This document shows, one piece after another, positions 12,171 to 25,402 of a DNA stretch of 64,000 nt. A program made the translations under genes and the position numbers. The notes beneath the pieces were generated by a model that did no database searches, was not told the DNA's origin, and saw only the letters and a list, made by a program, of their open reading frames with translations. Origin of the DNA: Vicugna vicugna (Eukaryota); the NCBI GenBank assembly GCA_013265495.1, contig MU061542.1, forward strand, positions 92,972 through 156,971. The letters are read 5' to 3'. Within the stretch, counting starts at the first letter, position 1, and each line of letters opens with the position of its first letter.

Positions 12171-15100
12171 TAACCTTACTTTACAGCTTTAGTACAGTTT
12201 CCAAGCTGATGGGAGTTAGAGAATAGTGAAAACAAGGTAGCTGGACTTTGGAGAACAGGATCAGAGACAGAACTCTGAGAGCTGCAGAAAACCCTCCATC
12301 TCTGGGAACTGATTAATCCTTATATGTGAAAAAATTACACAAAACCAGGGAAGATATCACCTACAAAAATGAGAGCAAACAATGTCTGTAGCTCACAGAG
12401 AGCCAGGAAAAGTTCCTATTTTCATTAGAAAATATTACTGTTCATGGAGCACTGGATAGAGTAGACAGAAATCCTTGCCTAATTCATAGGGAATAACTAT
12501 CTCTAAACTGAGAACTCCTTTTGGTTCCACTCAACAAATCTTAAAAGCAAGACCTAAGAGAATCAAACCATTTCCAAGGAAGTTAACCATGTCCAAGAAA
12601 ATTGATCAATAATATTTCTGAGAATTAAAAATATCCAGGTCCCAATAAGGTAAAATCATGTCTAGCATCCAGTTAAAAGTTATTAGTTATATTAAAAAAA
12701 GTAGGCAAATACTCCACATAATAAGGAGAAAAAAAATCAATTAATGGAAACTGATTCAGAAGTGATATATATGTTAGAATTAGCAGATAAATTATTAGAG
12801 TAGTTATTATAACTGAATTTCGTATGATTAAAAGTGTAAGTGAAAGCTAAAAGAGACAAAATGTAATGTTAATAATGAAAATTACAAAAGGTGTGATGAA
12901 AATACACAGAAATGTGTTGTAACACAAGATGTTGAAGGAAAAAACTTGAGTAAACTTAGTAACCTGAAGACATGGTAATATAAATAATCAAAAGTGAAAC
13001 AAAAAGGGAAAACAAATTTTTAAAAATTAACAGAACATCAAAGAGTGATGAGATAACTTCAAGCAGCCTGATATATGTATATTTTGAGTCTCCAAAGGAA
13101 AGAAGAAGGAGGTTTTACAGGGAAAAAAAAAACTGAAGGACTAATCCCCAAGATTCCAAAAGTGATTAAAAACATATTCACAAATACAGAAAATCAACAA
13201 AACTCAAGATCTATAAATATGAAGAAAACTTCAACAGGATATACTGTAATCAAATTTAACAAAAATGGTGATTAAAAATAAGAATTTAAAAGCAGCCAGA
13301 AGAAGAAGACAAAGTCTGCACAGTGGAACAAAGGTAAGAAGGACAACTCAATTCTTATTAAAAACAATAAGCAGAATACAGAGCAGTAATATTTTTAAAG
13401 CACTAAAAAAAAAATCCTATCAAACTAGAATTCTATAACCAGGGAAAATATCTTCCAAAGTTCAAGTGATATAAGAATATTTAACATCCACAAAAGCAGA
13501 AATACTTTATAAACTGCAGATCTACATTACAAAGAATATCAAAGGAAATACTTTAGGCAGGAAAAAAAAAGGATATTGGTAGAAATAAGTAACCTATACA
13601 AAGGAATAAGAAATGCAGAAATGGTAACTACATAGTAAAGACATATTTTTCTTGTTATTTAAATTCTCTTATAAAATAATTGACTGTATAAACATAAGAA
13701 TATTGTGTGAATATTATGACAACTGTAAAAGTAAAAACATATTCCTACAAAAACACAGAGGCCAGGATGGGAAAAACATATACTATGGTAAGACATTTAT
13801 GTATAATATGGTATCTCCTTTAGGAATACTGATAAGTTAAAGGTGTAACATAAACTCTCAAGGAACTATCCAAAATTATTACTGAATAATCCAACTGAAG
13901 ATATCAAGTGGGGTCAAAAAAAAAAAGCTCAATGCAAATAAGAGGAAAGGGGGAACAAAGAACACATGGATAAATAAAACTAAATAGGAAGCCAACAGAT
14001 TAAAATCTAACAACATCACCAATCACATTAAATTTAATAGTCTAAATACCTCAAGTAAATGGAAAATATTATCATATTGGGTAAAATAAAGACCAGATCA
14101 AATGCTTTACAGAAGAAACAAACTTTAAACAAAATGATTCATGAAGATAAAAATTAAAAGGATAGAAAATATTTCATGCTTTGATTTATCAAAATAAATA
14201 ATAATAATATCTGTATTATTAGAAAAATTAGATTTCAAAGGAGAGACTATCATTGGAGATAAAGAAACCCAGATAAGTATACAGAGCTAATTCATCAGGA
14301 ATACATAAAAAGTCAAAATATTAATTTATATAGCAAAGGAGAATCAAACAACATGAATGAAAATGGATAGAATATTTAAAGAGAAATAGACAAAAATCCA
14401 CAATTATAATTGATTCATTACCCTTCTCAATAATTAAAAGAAATAAACAGAAAATCAGTAAATATAGATTTCAAAAACACTATCAAACTGCTAGTGTTCT
14501 TTTACATTTATAGTACAGTTCACCCAATACACAACAGAATATATGGTCTTTCAAATGCATAAGGAAGTTGTAGCAAGATACTCTACATAATGGCCAAAAA
14601 CCAACTCTTAATGTAACAGAGTCAAGTCTTATATAATATGCTTCATATTTTAGTACAATAGAATTGAATTCAAAATCAATAACTGAAATATTTGAAAAAC
14701 CTCAATGATTGGAAATTAAATAATGTATCTTTAACTCATCAATAAAAGAAGACACAAAAAAGAAATTAGGAAAAATATTTTGGGTTGAATGAAAATGAAA
14801 AAGCATAAAAGTTTTGATATGTTGCTATGAATTATCTAGGGAGAAATTTATAACACAAAAAAGAAGAATGTCCCTAATTAATGACTTGCATGATTATAGA
14901 TGCAAAAATTTTAAACACAATTTTAGAAAATTGAATCCAAAAATATATAACAAAGGTAACATTGCATGACGTTTATCCCATGAATCTGTGATTGATTTAC
15001 AAATTGTCATATTTAAAATGTAAAAAACAAAAAACAACAACCAATATGATTATTACAATTAGCACAATTAGGAAAAACAATTGACAAATTCTAGCATCTA

Positions 15101-15650
15101 CTTCTGATAAAAACTGTCACACACAAATAATAGAAGAAAATTTCCTCAAATTAATAAAGGGCACCTATTAAAAAACAAGCAAACAAAAAACCTAAAATTA
15201 ACATCATGATAATGATGAAAGAAAATTCTTTATCCACAAATAAGATCAGAAACAAGATAGGTGTCCAGTGTCACCCCTTCTATTCACATTAATACTGGAG
15301 ATTCTTTATTCTACAATCAGAAAAAAAAAACACCCTAAAAAACCTAAGTCATCCTAACTGGAAAGGAAGAAATAATATTATATTTATTCACAAAGAAATA
15401 CTTGTCTAAGTTTAAAAAAAATTGAAAAATTTAACAATTAAATAATATAAAAAATAATATACAAAAATATTTTAAAAATTAAAAACATTTTAAAAGATGA
15501 CTTGAACTAATATGTTAGTTTAGAAAGGTTGCAAGTTATATGATCAAAATACAAAAATCAATTGTATTTCTATATATGCTAGCAACAAAAATCAGAAATT
15601 GAAATTAAAATGACAGTATCATTTTTATTTGAAATATGCCATATGTAGAG
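12170..15650 (+). mobile_element. Old L1 (L1MC/L1M4-like): 5' UTR, ORF1, endonuclease and part of RT, heavily decayed
   Basis: ORF1 motifs (aaaagcagccaga, aactagaattctata). ORF2 start region (aatcacattaaat...gtctaaatacc). RT motifs (atagatgcaaaaatt, agatcagaaacaaga...cttctattcac...tactggag). Confidence 0.8.
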
Positions 15651-16099
15651 ATAAAAGAACAATATAAAGGTAAGTGGAAAGTGCTATATATATTTTTGAA
15701 AGAAATGTACACACAAAGATAATCATACTAACTTCCTAAATAACCATGGGTCAAAGAAAAATATCACAATGGAAACTAAAAAATATTTTGAAATAAATGA
15801 GAGTAAAAAATTGTGGAAGGTAGCTAAAGTAATGCATAAATATTTTTACCCTAAATGTGTATTTCATAAAGAAGATTAAAAACAAATGAACTAAGTATTT
15901 CCCTAAATAAGTCAGAAAAAACATAAAAGTAATAACCACAAAAAGAAAAAAGGAAGGGAATAATTGGGAGAAGAGAAAAAAATTGTAAACTAGAACAAAA
16001 ATATATAATAGAAAATTTTTTTAAATTTTTTTCTTGTAAAGACTAGTGGAATTGACTAGTACTTCTTGAATTAGATCAAGTTAAAAATAAGCAATATCA

Positions 16100-16165
16100 A
16101 TATCTTTATAGTGTACACCTTAAACTTACACAATGTTATACGTTAAATATACTTCAATAAACTGG
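16100..16165 (+). mobile_element. Extremely 5'-truncated L1 3' end (L1MA9/10-like)
   Basis: gtgtacaccttaaacttacacaatgttata...caataaactgg, flanked by TSD aaaaataa(g/c)caatatca (about 16083-16099 and 16167-16183). Confidence 0.7.
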
Positions 16166-18135
16166 AAAAAATAACCAATATCAGGAATTAAAAGAGGGGC
16201 ATCAGCATAAAATTGAAAGATATTTTAAAAGTATAAGTAGGATATTATGAGCCGACTTATGCCAATACATTTGAAAGTATTAGAAGAAAGGAATAAATTC
16301 CTCAACAAATGCAATGTACCCAAAGAAACACAAGGAAGAAAAAGAAAATCTATATAATGCCATTATAATTAATTTATAATAAGAATAATGATCATGTAGC
16401 AGAAATAATAATATTAGAAAAACTTCCCACAACAAAAACTTTAGGCCTGTATGTCTTCGTCAGTAAATTTTACCACTTAAGATGCTAATGACTTCGGTCT
16501 CACACAGATACAGATACAAAAATGAGGGTTAGTTCCTCAATTTATTTTGAATAAGTTAGTCTAATATTGATGTTCATAACCTAAGATTATGAAATAGTAA
16601 AAGGCTAATCAACCCTGCAGACTTAGATGCAAAAATCACAAGCAAAATATTACAAAATTGGATTCATAACAAAGCTATTCTCACCTCAAACCCCTAGGAA
16701 TGCAAAGTTAGAAAATCAGTGCAAGGATAGGAAATTAATTAATGTAATTTATCATATTGGCATAAAAAATTCATATGACTTTCTCAGAATGTGTGACTAA
16801 AAAATTTTGTTTAAAATTATTATTTCACAATGAAATTAAATATCCTTTCTGCAAATAAGAATTGAATAGAGCTTCCTTAATCTGGTAGTGTTTTATAAAG
16901 ATCTTATAGTAAATATTATACTTAATAGATTAATATAGAAAACAATAAAAAGAAGTATACCTCACTTTATTGATAATCAGATTATATTAAAGATATTTAG
17001 CAAATGCAGTGGGAAAAGAAAAATTAATTAAAAAGTCATAATAATTGGAAAACAAATATCATCCCTACCAAATATGACTACATACAAGAATTTGAAATAA
17101 AATAAAGAATTTGAAAATAAAACTCATTGGAGTAAATAAGTGAAGTCATCAGTTGTTTTATAGAGTCAAGTTATAAAATCTAATTCATCTCTGTATTGTA
17201 GTTTAAAAAATTGAAATTTTATTAAAAATAACTTTTATAATATTATCAAAAATATAAAATACCTAGAAATATGTTCTGTACTGAGAATATTATGAAACAC
17301 TGAGAAAATGAAAGAAAATCAAAATCAATGAGACAGTATGCCACACTGACGACTTCAAAGACAAAATAGTGCAAGCTGGATCAAAATACCAACAGATTCT
17401 AGTAGAATATTACACTATGTTCTAAAAGTACATAGAAATGCAAACAAAAAATCAAAGGCAATCATTAAAAAAGTAAAATGACTTGTTCTACTAGGTTTTA
17501 AGCCTTACAAAGTTAAAATAATCAGTTAGTATATTATAGATTCAAGGATAAACAAATAGATCTATGAAAAAGAACTGAGCTCAGAAATATACCCCTTCAT
17601 ATATGAACATTTGATTCACAAAAACAAATCCTGCAAATTAGTGGGGCAATACAGGCTTCTCACTAAGTGGTACCAAGTCAACTGGTTATCCATGTTGAAG
17701 TAAACAAACAAACAAACAAAAACAAAAAATACTACCTCACTCTGTATCAAATTAAAAATTTAAGTCCTCACAGATTTCAGATGTATATCAGAAACATAAT
17801 ATTAATGCTTTTAGATAATACCATAGGAGGATATTTTAATGAAATTAAGTAAAAAAGAGTTTTAAAATGGTATATATTATGTCCTAATCAAATGATATAT
17901 AAAATGAAAATAAATTTGCTGATTTTCTAGTTAGGAAGTTCTGACTAAAAAAAGTAAGTGAAAATTCAAGCCCAAGCATGGGATTAGATATTTTAACATA
18001 TATTGCTGACAAAAGCTGATGTCCAGACTACATATCAATCCCCTACAAACCGATAAGGAAAAAAAAAAACTGACACTGAATAGAAAAATAAGCAGGCAAT
18101 TTGAAAAAATGCTTCACAAAATAAATCTCCAAATA

Positions 18136-18398
18136 AGCACCCCCACCCACCCCCTGGAGCAGCGAGGAGGTGGTGTAAACATGGAGGGAAAGAGCATTTT
18201 TGGTAGTGCTTTCTGATTTTGTCCTCAGCACACTTGCCTTCCAGAACCTGAATACTAACTCGGACATGGAAGATTTCTCCTTGGGAAAGTGAAAGGTGAA
18301 GCTAAGAATAATGTAACTGATTTCCAAATGGATGATGCTGAAGTTATTTATACAACTGACATTCAGAAATACTTCCATGCTATCAGCTTTTTAGCTTT
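18136..18398 (+). pseudogene. ABRAXAS1: Processed pseudogene fragment of ABRAXAS1 (FAM175A): 5' UTR plus about codons 1-73 (MPN-like N-terminus)
   Basis: ATG at 18181. With three single-base indels it reads [70 protein letters not shown]. This matches human ABRAXAS1 [73 protein letters not shown] (recalled). It is intronless, CpG-decayed and flanked by a TSD, with a stop at 18214-18216 in the ATG frame. Confidence 0.93.
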
Positions 18399-19334
18399 AA
18401 AAAAAATGTCCAAATAGACCACACAAATATGAAAATGCATCTGATCTCACTAGTAATCAGAGAAACACAAATAAGAACAACTAGATATCTCAACTCTCCC
18501 AATCAAAGTAGTTCACATGGAAAATACTGACAATCTCACATTTTAACAAAGATGAAGAGCAACTGGACCTCTTTGTGTTGCTAGTGATAGTAGAGATCAA
18601 TATAATCATTTGCAAAGAGCTGTAGCACTGGTCACCAAAATTGAATACAGGCATACTACATGAACAATTAATTCCATTCTGGGGCATATCCTGGACACAA
18701 ATCCATTACATATGCACCAACAGATACTTACAGGAACATTCATAAAGATGTAATCTACAATAACCTCAAAGGAAATCAATATGAACATGCACCACTAGTG
18801 AAACAGATAAATAAATAATGAAGTAGCTGTACAATTCAACTCTAGTGAAAATGAAAATGTATGAAGTATCAATATACATTACAACATGGATGAACCTCAC
18901 AAACGTAACTTTAAGCAAAGGAAATTGACACAAAAAGAATACAAAATACAGCATTCCATTTACATCGAATTAAAACTAAAAAAAACAACAAGAATAATAA
19001 TATTATAGAGCCTTAGACTCAGGTGACAAAATTATAAGGAAAACTAGCAAAATGTATCAAGAGAGTGGCTTTGTGAGGTAGGAGATGAGTCTAAAAAGGG
19101 ATAGTGATTAGCATAGGGGACAAGGCATCATTCTATTTCTCAAACTATACATTGATTATGAATTTGTTTATTTTATAAGAAATCAATGAACAGTACTTTT
19201 ATTTTTTTGGAGGTTATGCATTTCTGTATGTGTGTTATTTTTCATTAATAAATGTTTGAAAAGCTTAAAGTACATCTGTAAATCAGAAAACAAATACATT
19301 TCCATACCATGTGATTCCCAGTTACTTTAGAGTG

Positions 19335-19520
19335 TAAGGAATCTTGGACTTGAGGTTTGAAAATTTAGGTTTAAACACACACTGATGATCTATGTGCATT
19401 TTTACCAGTTATAGACATCTCTCATTTTTAGTTTTATCTTTAAGATAAAATTAAAACATTCTTAAAAATGATAAAGACATAAGCTAGAAGTTAGTAGGAT
19501 TAAGTAGAGTAATGTTGATT
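19335..19520 (+). mobile_element. MIR SINE fragment
   Basis: Degenerate MIR core (cttggacttgagg...tttaggtttaaa...catctctc...ttagttttatctttaagat). Confidence 0.45.
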
Positions 19521-19759
19521 TCAACTAAGAAATATTTAAGATAAAGCCAGCCTCATCTTTCCAGTTGTTTTATTGTTAAAGTTCCCCATCAAGGTACCAT
19601 GACCTTATACCAGAATGACTACAAAGTCTGGATTTCCATGTTTCACGTGCATTCTCAAACTTAGACTTCCTTTTATTAAAAAAAAGTAATAATGTATTTT
19701 CCTTCATTTAGCATTTTCCTTGGAAATCTTTTACCATAGGATGAAATTCAATTTCTGCA

Positions 19760-20085
19760 GGTTGAAGAGAAGGCTATTTTCCAGTTCTATACTTACTCCA
19801 TCTCCATTCTCATTTTCCACAAATCTGCTTCATGAAAGCTATTCTTCTACCACAAGAACTTTTCACAGCTCCCCATGCTCCTTTTTTTCCCTCCGTTATC
19901 TTTGAACAAAGTAATGTCTATGGCTGAAATGTACCCTGCCATCTTCTCTGTATGATAAATGCTTATTCATCCTCCCAGATGCAGCTAAAATTATCTTCTT
20001 CTATGAACTCTTACGGGTTTCCCCTGGCATAGTCAATATGTCTAAACCCTCAGCTTCTCTCTGTACTTCATCAATATCACTGTGT
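19760..20085 (+). mobile_element. L2 fragment
   Basis: aatgcttattcatcctcccagatgcagctaaaattatcttcttctatgaa resembles the L2 3' region. Confidence 0.5.
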
Positions 20086-21077
20086 GGCTCCAGAGGAAAT
20101 TTGGCATCATCCATTAGTCTGTGCCTAGGTTACTAGTTAGCTGTGTTTTAGAAGTTCGCTGGCATTTCCATAGAAGTGATTTTTTTTTTCCAGTAGGCCA
20201 AGAAAAATAAAAAGGAATTGATACGGACTGGCAAGTAGCAGCAAGGGAGAAAAAAAAATGTGTGTCAATTCTATTGAGATAAGTCTGAGAGCAATTTTTT
20301 TTCCCCTTTACCTAGCTAATGCTGTGTCAAGGCATTCTCAAGAGAAGCAAGTGAAAAAGATTAATGGATAGATGTGATTTTATCACGAAAATTTAAGGAA
20401 TCTAAGAGACACACTACATGAGCAAATAGAAATGAAAGTATAGCTAATGCAAGCTTGACGGTTTCTGCAAAGTGTGCCACAGTCCACATTGTCATACATT
20501 TCATATCAGGAAAAGTAAATGTTGATGTTTATTACCCATATATAATCTTTTCTCAAACCATATTACTTTCCATTGTTCCTTAACTGATGGTATCATTTAA
20601 CCCTAGCAATATTAGCCATTTTTACTTATTATAGAATATCTGGCATACTGAGTAATTCTTGGTAGAACTGGAAAGCATTCTTCCATGAATAAACCTTATT
20701 CCTACTCACATAGGCCATACACAGATTTATCCTTGTAAAAGCGAGCTCCATCACCAACCTGTATTTGGAGTGTGAAATTTGGAAAATTTTAATAGACTTA
20801 GATTTTTTAATAAATTTCATAATTTTAGCATTTCTCTCACAATTAGCATTTACACAGACATGTTAGGAAAGGTCTGTTGCAATTAATGTGGAATATAATT
20901 GCTTATCTCACCTAAATACTCACCTGGGATATGCAAAGTAAATTTTGGATGTCCTTTGTCATCCCAAATGATGAGACACTATTCTGCATGGGTCATTTAT
21001 GTTTCTGCACATTATATGAGAGAGGCACTCACTGCCCTGTTTTTTGGACTATGTAAGAATATTTGTACTATTCTTTT

Positions 21078-24000
21078 TTATTTTTTAAAAAATAATAGAC
21101 TTAATTTTTAGAGCTATTTTAGGCCTATAGAAATAGAGCAGCTAATACACATCTACCATATACCTCCACTTCTTCCCAATCACAATTTCCTCTGTTACTA
21201 ATGTACCAACATTGGTACATTATTATTAACTTAAGTCCATAGTTTACATTAGGGATCAATTTTTGTATTGCACATTTCTGTGGGTTTTGACAAATGCATA
21301 ATATTATGTATCCACCATTAGAGTATCATGCAGAGTAGTTTCATTCCCTAAAAATCTGTGTTCTACCTATTCATTTCTTCCTCTCTTGCCCAAACCCATG
21401 GCAACCACTGATCTTTTCCTTTCTCTATTGTTTGCCCTTTAACTTTCATATAGATAGAATTGTACAATATTCAACAATGATATTAATACATACATATTTA
21501 ATCTTTGTCAGAAATATTGACACAGAGCTTCTAAAACATTAGAATTTCCTCAGTGATAGGAATTATAGGAGTATCTTTTGTTATTCATAATGAGCCTCCT
21601 TCAATCATACCTGAGTCTTTGTTAAGAGGTAACTTTTGGTGGACCCCTAGATAGTTTCATGATTGGGGCTGGTTGTCAGAGGAACCAACCAGGTGATTAG
21701 AGTGTTGAAATTTTTAAGGGGAGCTTGAGATTAAGTTCCATCATCAATTGACAGTGATTTAATCAATAAGGCATATTTAGTGAAACCTCTGTAAAACTCT
21801 TGAAGGATGGTATTTGGAGAGGTTCTGGGTTGCTGAACATATTAAAGTTCTGAAAGAGTGGCATGGCCAAAAATGACATGGAAGGTTCATTTCCCTTCCC
21901 CCATACCTTGACCTATGCATATCTTCAATTTTGCTGTTCCTGAATTTGTATTCTTTATAATAAACCAGTAATAGTTTTGTGAGCCATTCAGCAAATTATT
22001 GAATATGCATGGGGAGCTGTGGGAACTATCTGAATTTATAGATGGTTGGTTAGAAGTTCATGTAGCAACCTGGATCTTTCAACTGACTTCTGAAATGGGA
22101 CCACTATTATGCTAATTCCAGGTAATTAGTGTAGAATTGAATTGAATTGTAGAATAGCTTCTATGTGTTTGGAAAGTTAGAGAATTAGTTGATTGGGAAA
22201 AAAACCCCACACATTTGTTGTCAGAAGTGTTGTGAATTAAAACAGCCCAGAATAGCCTTTTAAGACCAATTTATTTCACTCAAATATGCATTTAAGTTGC
22301 TTCTGTGTCTTTTTGTGGCCTGATAGCTCATTTATTTTTATAGATGAGTAAAATTTTATTGCATGGGAATATTTTTTTATCCATTCACCTTATGAAGGAT
22401 AATTATGGAGAAAGCAGCTACAAACATTTGAATGCAATTTTTTGTATAGATGAAAGTTTCCATTTTACCTCAGTAAATTCCAAGGTAAATGGTTGCTGGA
22501 TTACATGGTGAGACTATGATTAGCTATGTAAGAAACTTCCAAAATGCCTTCCTAAATGACTGTATCACCACATTCCTACCAGCAAAGAACAAGGTCTACT
22601 CCTCCACATTCTTGAAAGCATTTGATGTTAGCCATTCTAATAGGTACATCATCTCTAATTTTTGTTCTAATTTAAAATCCCCTAATTACATATGATATAA
22701 TGAATCTTCATATGTTATTTTGCCATCTGTATATCTTCTTTGGAGAAGTGTCTGTTCAGATTCTTTGTCCATTTTTAAATTAGATTTTTGAGATTCTTAT
22801 TGTTGAATTTTAAGTATTGTTTAGTATATCTTGAATACAAATCCTTTATCAGTCATGTGTTTTGCAAATACTTCCTACCAGCCTGTGGCTTGTCATTTAA
22901 TCTTTTCAGTGTGATTTGCAGAGCAGAAGTTGCATATTTTGATAAAACCCAATTTATCAATTTTCTCTTTTATAGATTGTACTTTCAGTGTTGTTTGTAA
23001 AATTGCATTGCCAAACCCACATAGATTTTCTGCTATATTATCTAGTAGAAGTTATATAGTTTTGTGTTTTACATTTAAGCCTAGGTCCCTTTTGAGATAA
23101 TGTTTGTGAAGATGTATAGTCTATGCTTAGATTTTTTTTTTGCACATAGATGTAGATGTCCAATTATTCCAGTACCATTCATTGTGAAGACTATTTTTTT
23201 CTCCTCTATATTGTCTTTGCATTTTTGTCAAAATTTAGTTAACTATACTTGTATGAATCCATTCCTCGCTGCTTTGTTTTATTCTATTGATCTACTTATC
23301 TATTCTTTCACCAATGCCATACTGTCTTGGTTACAGGAGCTGTGTAGCAAGCCTTGAAGTTGGGTGGGTCAGTCTCCCAATGTTGTTCCTCTAAATTGCC
23401 ACATTTTTTAAAATTTTTGATAAGAAATTAAATGTAATCTATATCTTATTCTCTATAGATAAGGTGTATCTTCCCTCTGGTTTCCTTCTAGATTTTCTCT
23501 TTGTCTTTGGTTTCTGCAATTTAAATATTATATAGGTGTAGATTTTTATATATTTAACCTTGGCCTTCACTGAACTTTATGGATATATGGTATGGTGTCT
23601 GTTATGTTTTGGAAAGTACTTAGCCATTATTACTTCAAATATTATTTCTACTCTTATGTGATCTTAGCAAAATCATTTTTAATTTCTGTTATTGTATTTT
23701 TGATTTCTAGCATTCTCTTTTGATTCTTTCTTAAAGTTTCAGTCTTCTTGTTGCTACATATCAGTTCTTTCATGGTGTCCACTTTTTCATTAGTGGTCTT
23801 AGTATTTTTTGTAGCTATTTTAAGTTTCTGGTCTGATAATTCCAAAATCTGTCATTTGAGTTTGATTTTCTTGCTTTGTCTCTTTAAACAGGTTTGTTTT
23901 TCTTGTCTTATCACATGCTTTGTAATTATTTTGTTGAAAACAGACATGATGTGTTGAGTAACAGAAACTGAGATAAATAAGCCTTTCTTATGAGAGATTG

Positions 24001-24833
24001 TTTATTTTGATAGCAGTTACAATATGTTTACTCTTTGTTATAGTTGTAGGTGTCTGAGGCCTCAGTTTTCCCCAGTGTTCTTGTTTTTGTCTCTCTTGCT
24101 GTCTTTGATCTTTCCTAGAAGCTTTTTCTTAGAGTGGGAAACTTGCAGTTCTATTAGTTGTAGTTATTATGCAGAAGTCTTACTGATGTGGTATTAAAAT
24201 GTGGGGGAGGGGAAGCATTCTATAATCCTATTATTAATTCTTAGTTTTTGTAGTAGGCCTGTGACTTTGGGATGTAACCTTTACAAGTATTGCTCAGCTT
24301 TTATTTTTGTTCATAGGTGAGAGAAGAAGGCTAGAGCAGGCTGAACTTGGGTATTTATCTTCCTCCATTTTAGTTGGGTAAAAAGATTCTGAGGGCTGGT
24401 GGACAAAAGTCATTGGGTTTATTTCAAAATGTTACTTTTTCCCTATACCTACTGATGCATGATGGAATTTTTCTCTGATCTTTACCATGAGAATCTGTTA
24501 GAGTTCCTGGGGTAAACTCATGAATGTGTGTTAGCCCACCTAAAACTGGACCTTCAGGAGTTTTTGACTCTCAAACTAGTTCACAACAGCCTCCAATAGT
24601 TCATCAGTTACAGTGTAGGTTTTCCTACCAGTTTCTGGCTCCAGTGGCTCCTCCTTGCTAAGTGTGATTCTCCATATCACAGTTTTTAAGGTATAGTTTT
24701 GCCCTGGTATATCAGTTCTCTGATGGGTTAAAAAAAAAGAGTTGTTGAATTTTTAGTTTGCTCATCTACTTTCTTGTGATGATAGAAGTGATAACTTCCA
24801 AACAATTTCCATTTTGGAAGACAAAAGAACTGA
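21078..24833 (-). mobile_element. L1MC-like LINE retaining both termini, with a large internal deletion
   Basis: 3' UTR at about 21.1-22.5 kb, ORF2 C-terminus to about 23390, then ORF1/5' UTR sequence to 24833. TSD actattctttt at 21067-21077 and 24834-24844. Confidence 0.85.
21470..22250 (+). mobile_element. MER21B-like LTR nested in the L1MC 3' UTR
   Basis: Motifs gacacagagcttctaaaac, tcttttgttattcataatgagcc, ccctagatagtttcatgattggggctgg, ctttataataaaccagtaatag and aaccccacacatttg. L1 sequence resumes on the far side. Confidence 0.85.
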
Positions 24834-25402
24834 ACTATTCTTTTAAATGTGTTTGTATAATGAACAGCCTTGGAAAACAGAGATTATGTCTCCCTCTTTC
24901 CCTTAGGAAAAGGCCAAGTTTCTCATAGCATTTAAAGATACAGCACTACCCTCCATATCAAATAGCAGGCATGCGTGTTGTCCAAAATTGAAAAGATCCT
25001 TTCTTTCTCCAGAGAAAAGGACAGGTTTGTTAACTGCCTATTATAAAGACAGAAATTCCCTATGCTCTTGGGATTTTTGTAATGCAATCCACTGTGTGTA
25101 CAGATGTCATATGGCTCTCCTTCTGTTATTCTGTGAGAACTAGATCTTACACAAGTCATGCAAATATATTTATATCTGACTAATTTTTTTGTTTACAAGT
25201 AGAGTTAAATCTCAGAACTTTCACAGTTCTTGATAGAAAACATACCTTCAAAAATTAGAGAAAAATTTTTCACATACTTTCAAGTGTGGTACAATAAGAA
25301 GAATGCAGATAATTAACAAAAATTATATTGAAAAATTTTAGTACTCAGCATGGTTCAACATACAAAATAAATGTCATTTGAATAAGTAAATTCCTAGATA
25401 AT

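Larger units (their letters stand above)
15720..19260 (+). mobile_element. Second old L1 (L1ME-like): ORF2 linker through 3' UTR; host of two younger insertions
   Basis: cttcctaaataaccatgggtcaaagaa (LLNNPWVKE-like), RT region, ORF2 C-terminus, and L1ME-like 3' UTR (caacatggatgaacctcacaaac). Confidence 0.8.
20972..25150 (+). mobile_element. Old ERVL-type LTR (MER76/MER70-like) split by the L1 at 21078-24833
   Basis: Left part (ttctgcatgggtcatttatgtttctgcacat...gaggcactcactgcc...ggactat) and right part (tgtttgtataatgaacagccttggaaaacagagat...actgcctattataaagac) join into one LTR-like consensus. Confidence 0.6.

Noticed and set aside
18043..18378. 111-aa minus-strand ORF over the retrocopy
   Set aside because: A chance antisense frame spanning the pseudogene and L1, with no recognisable homology.
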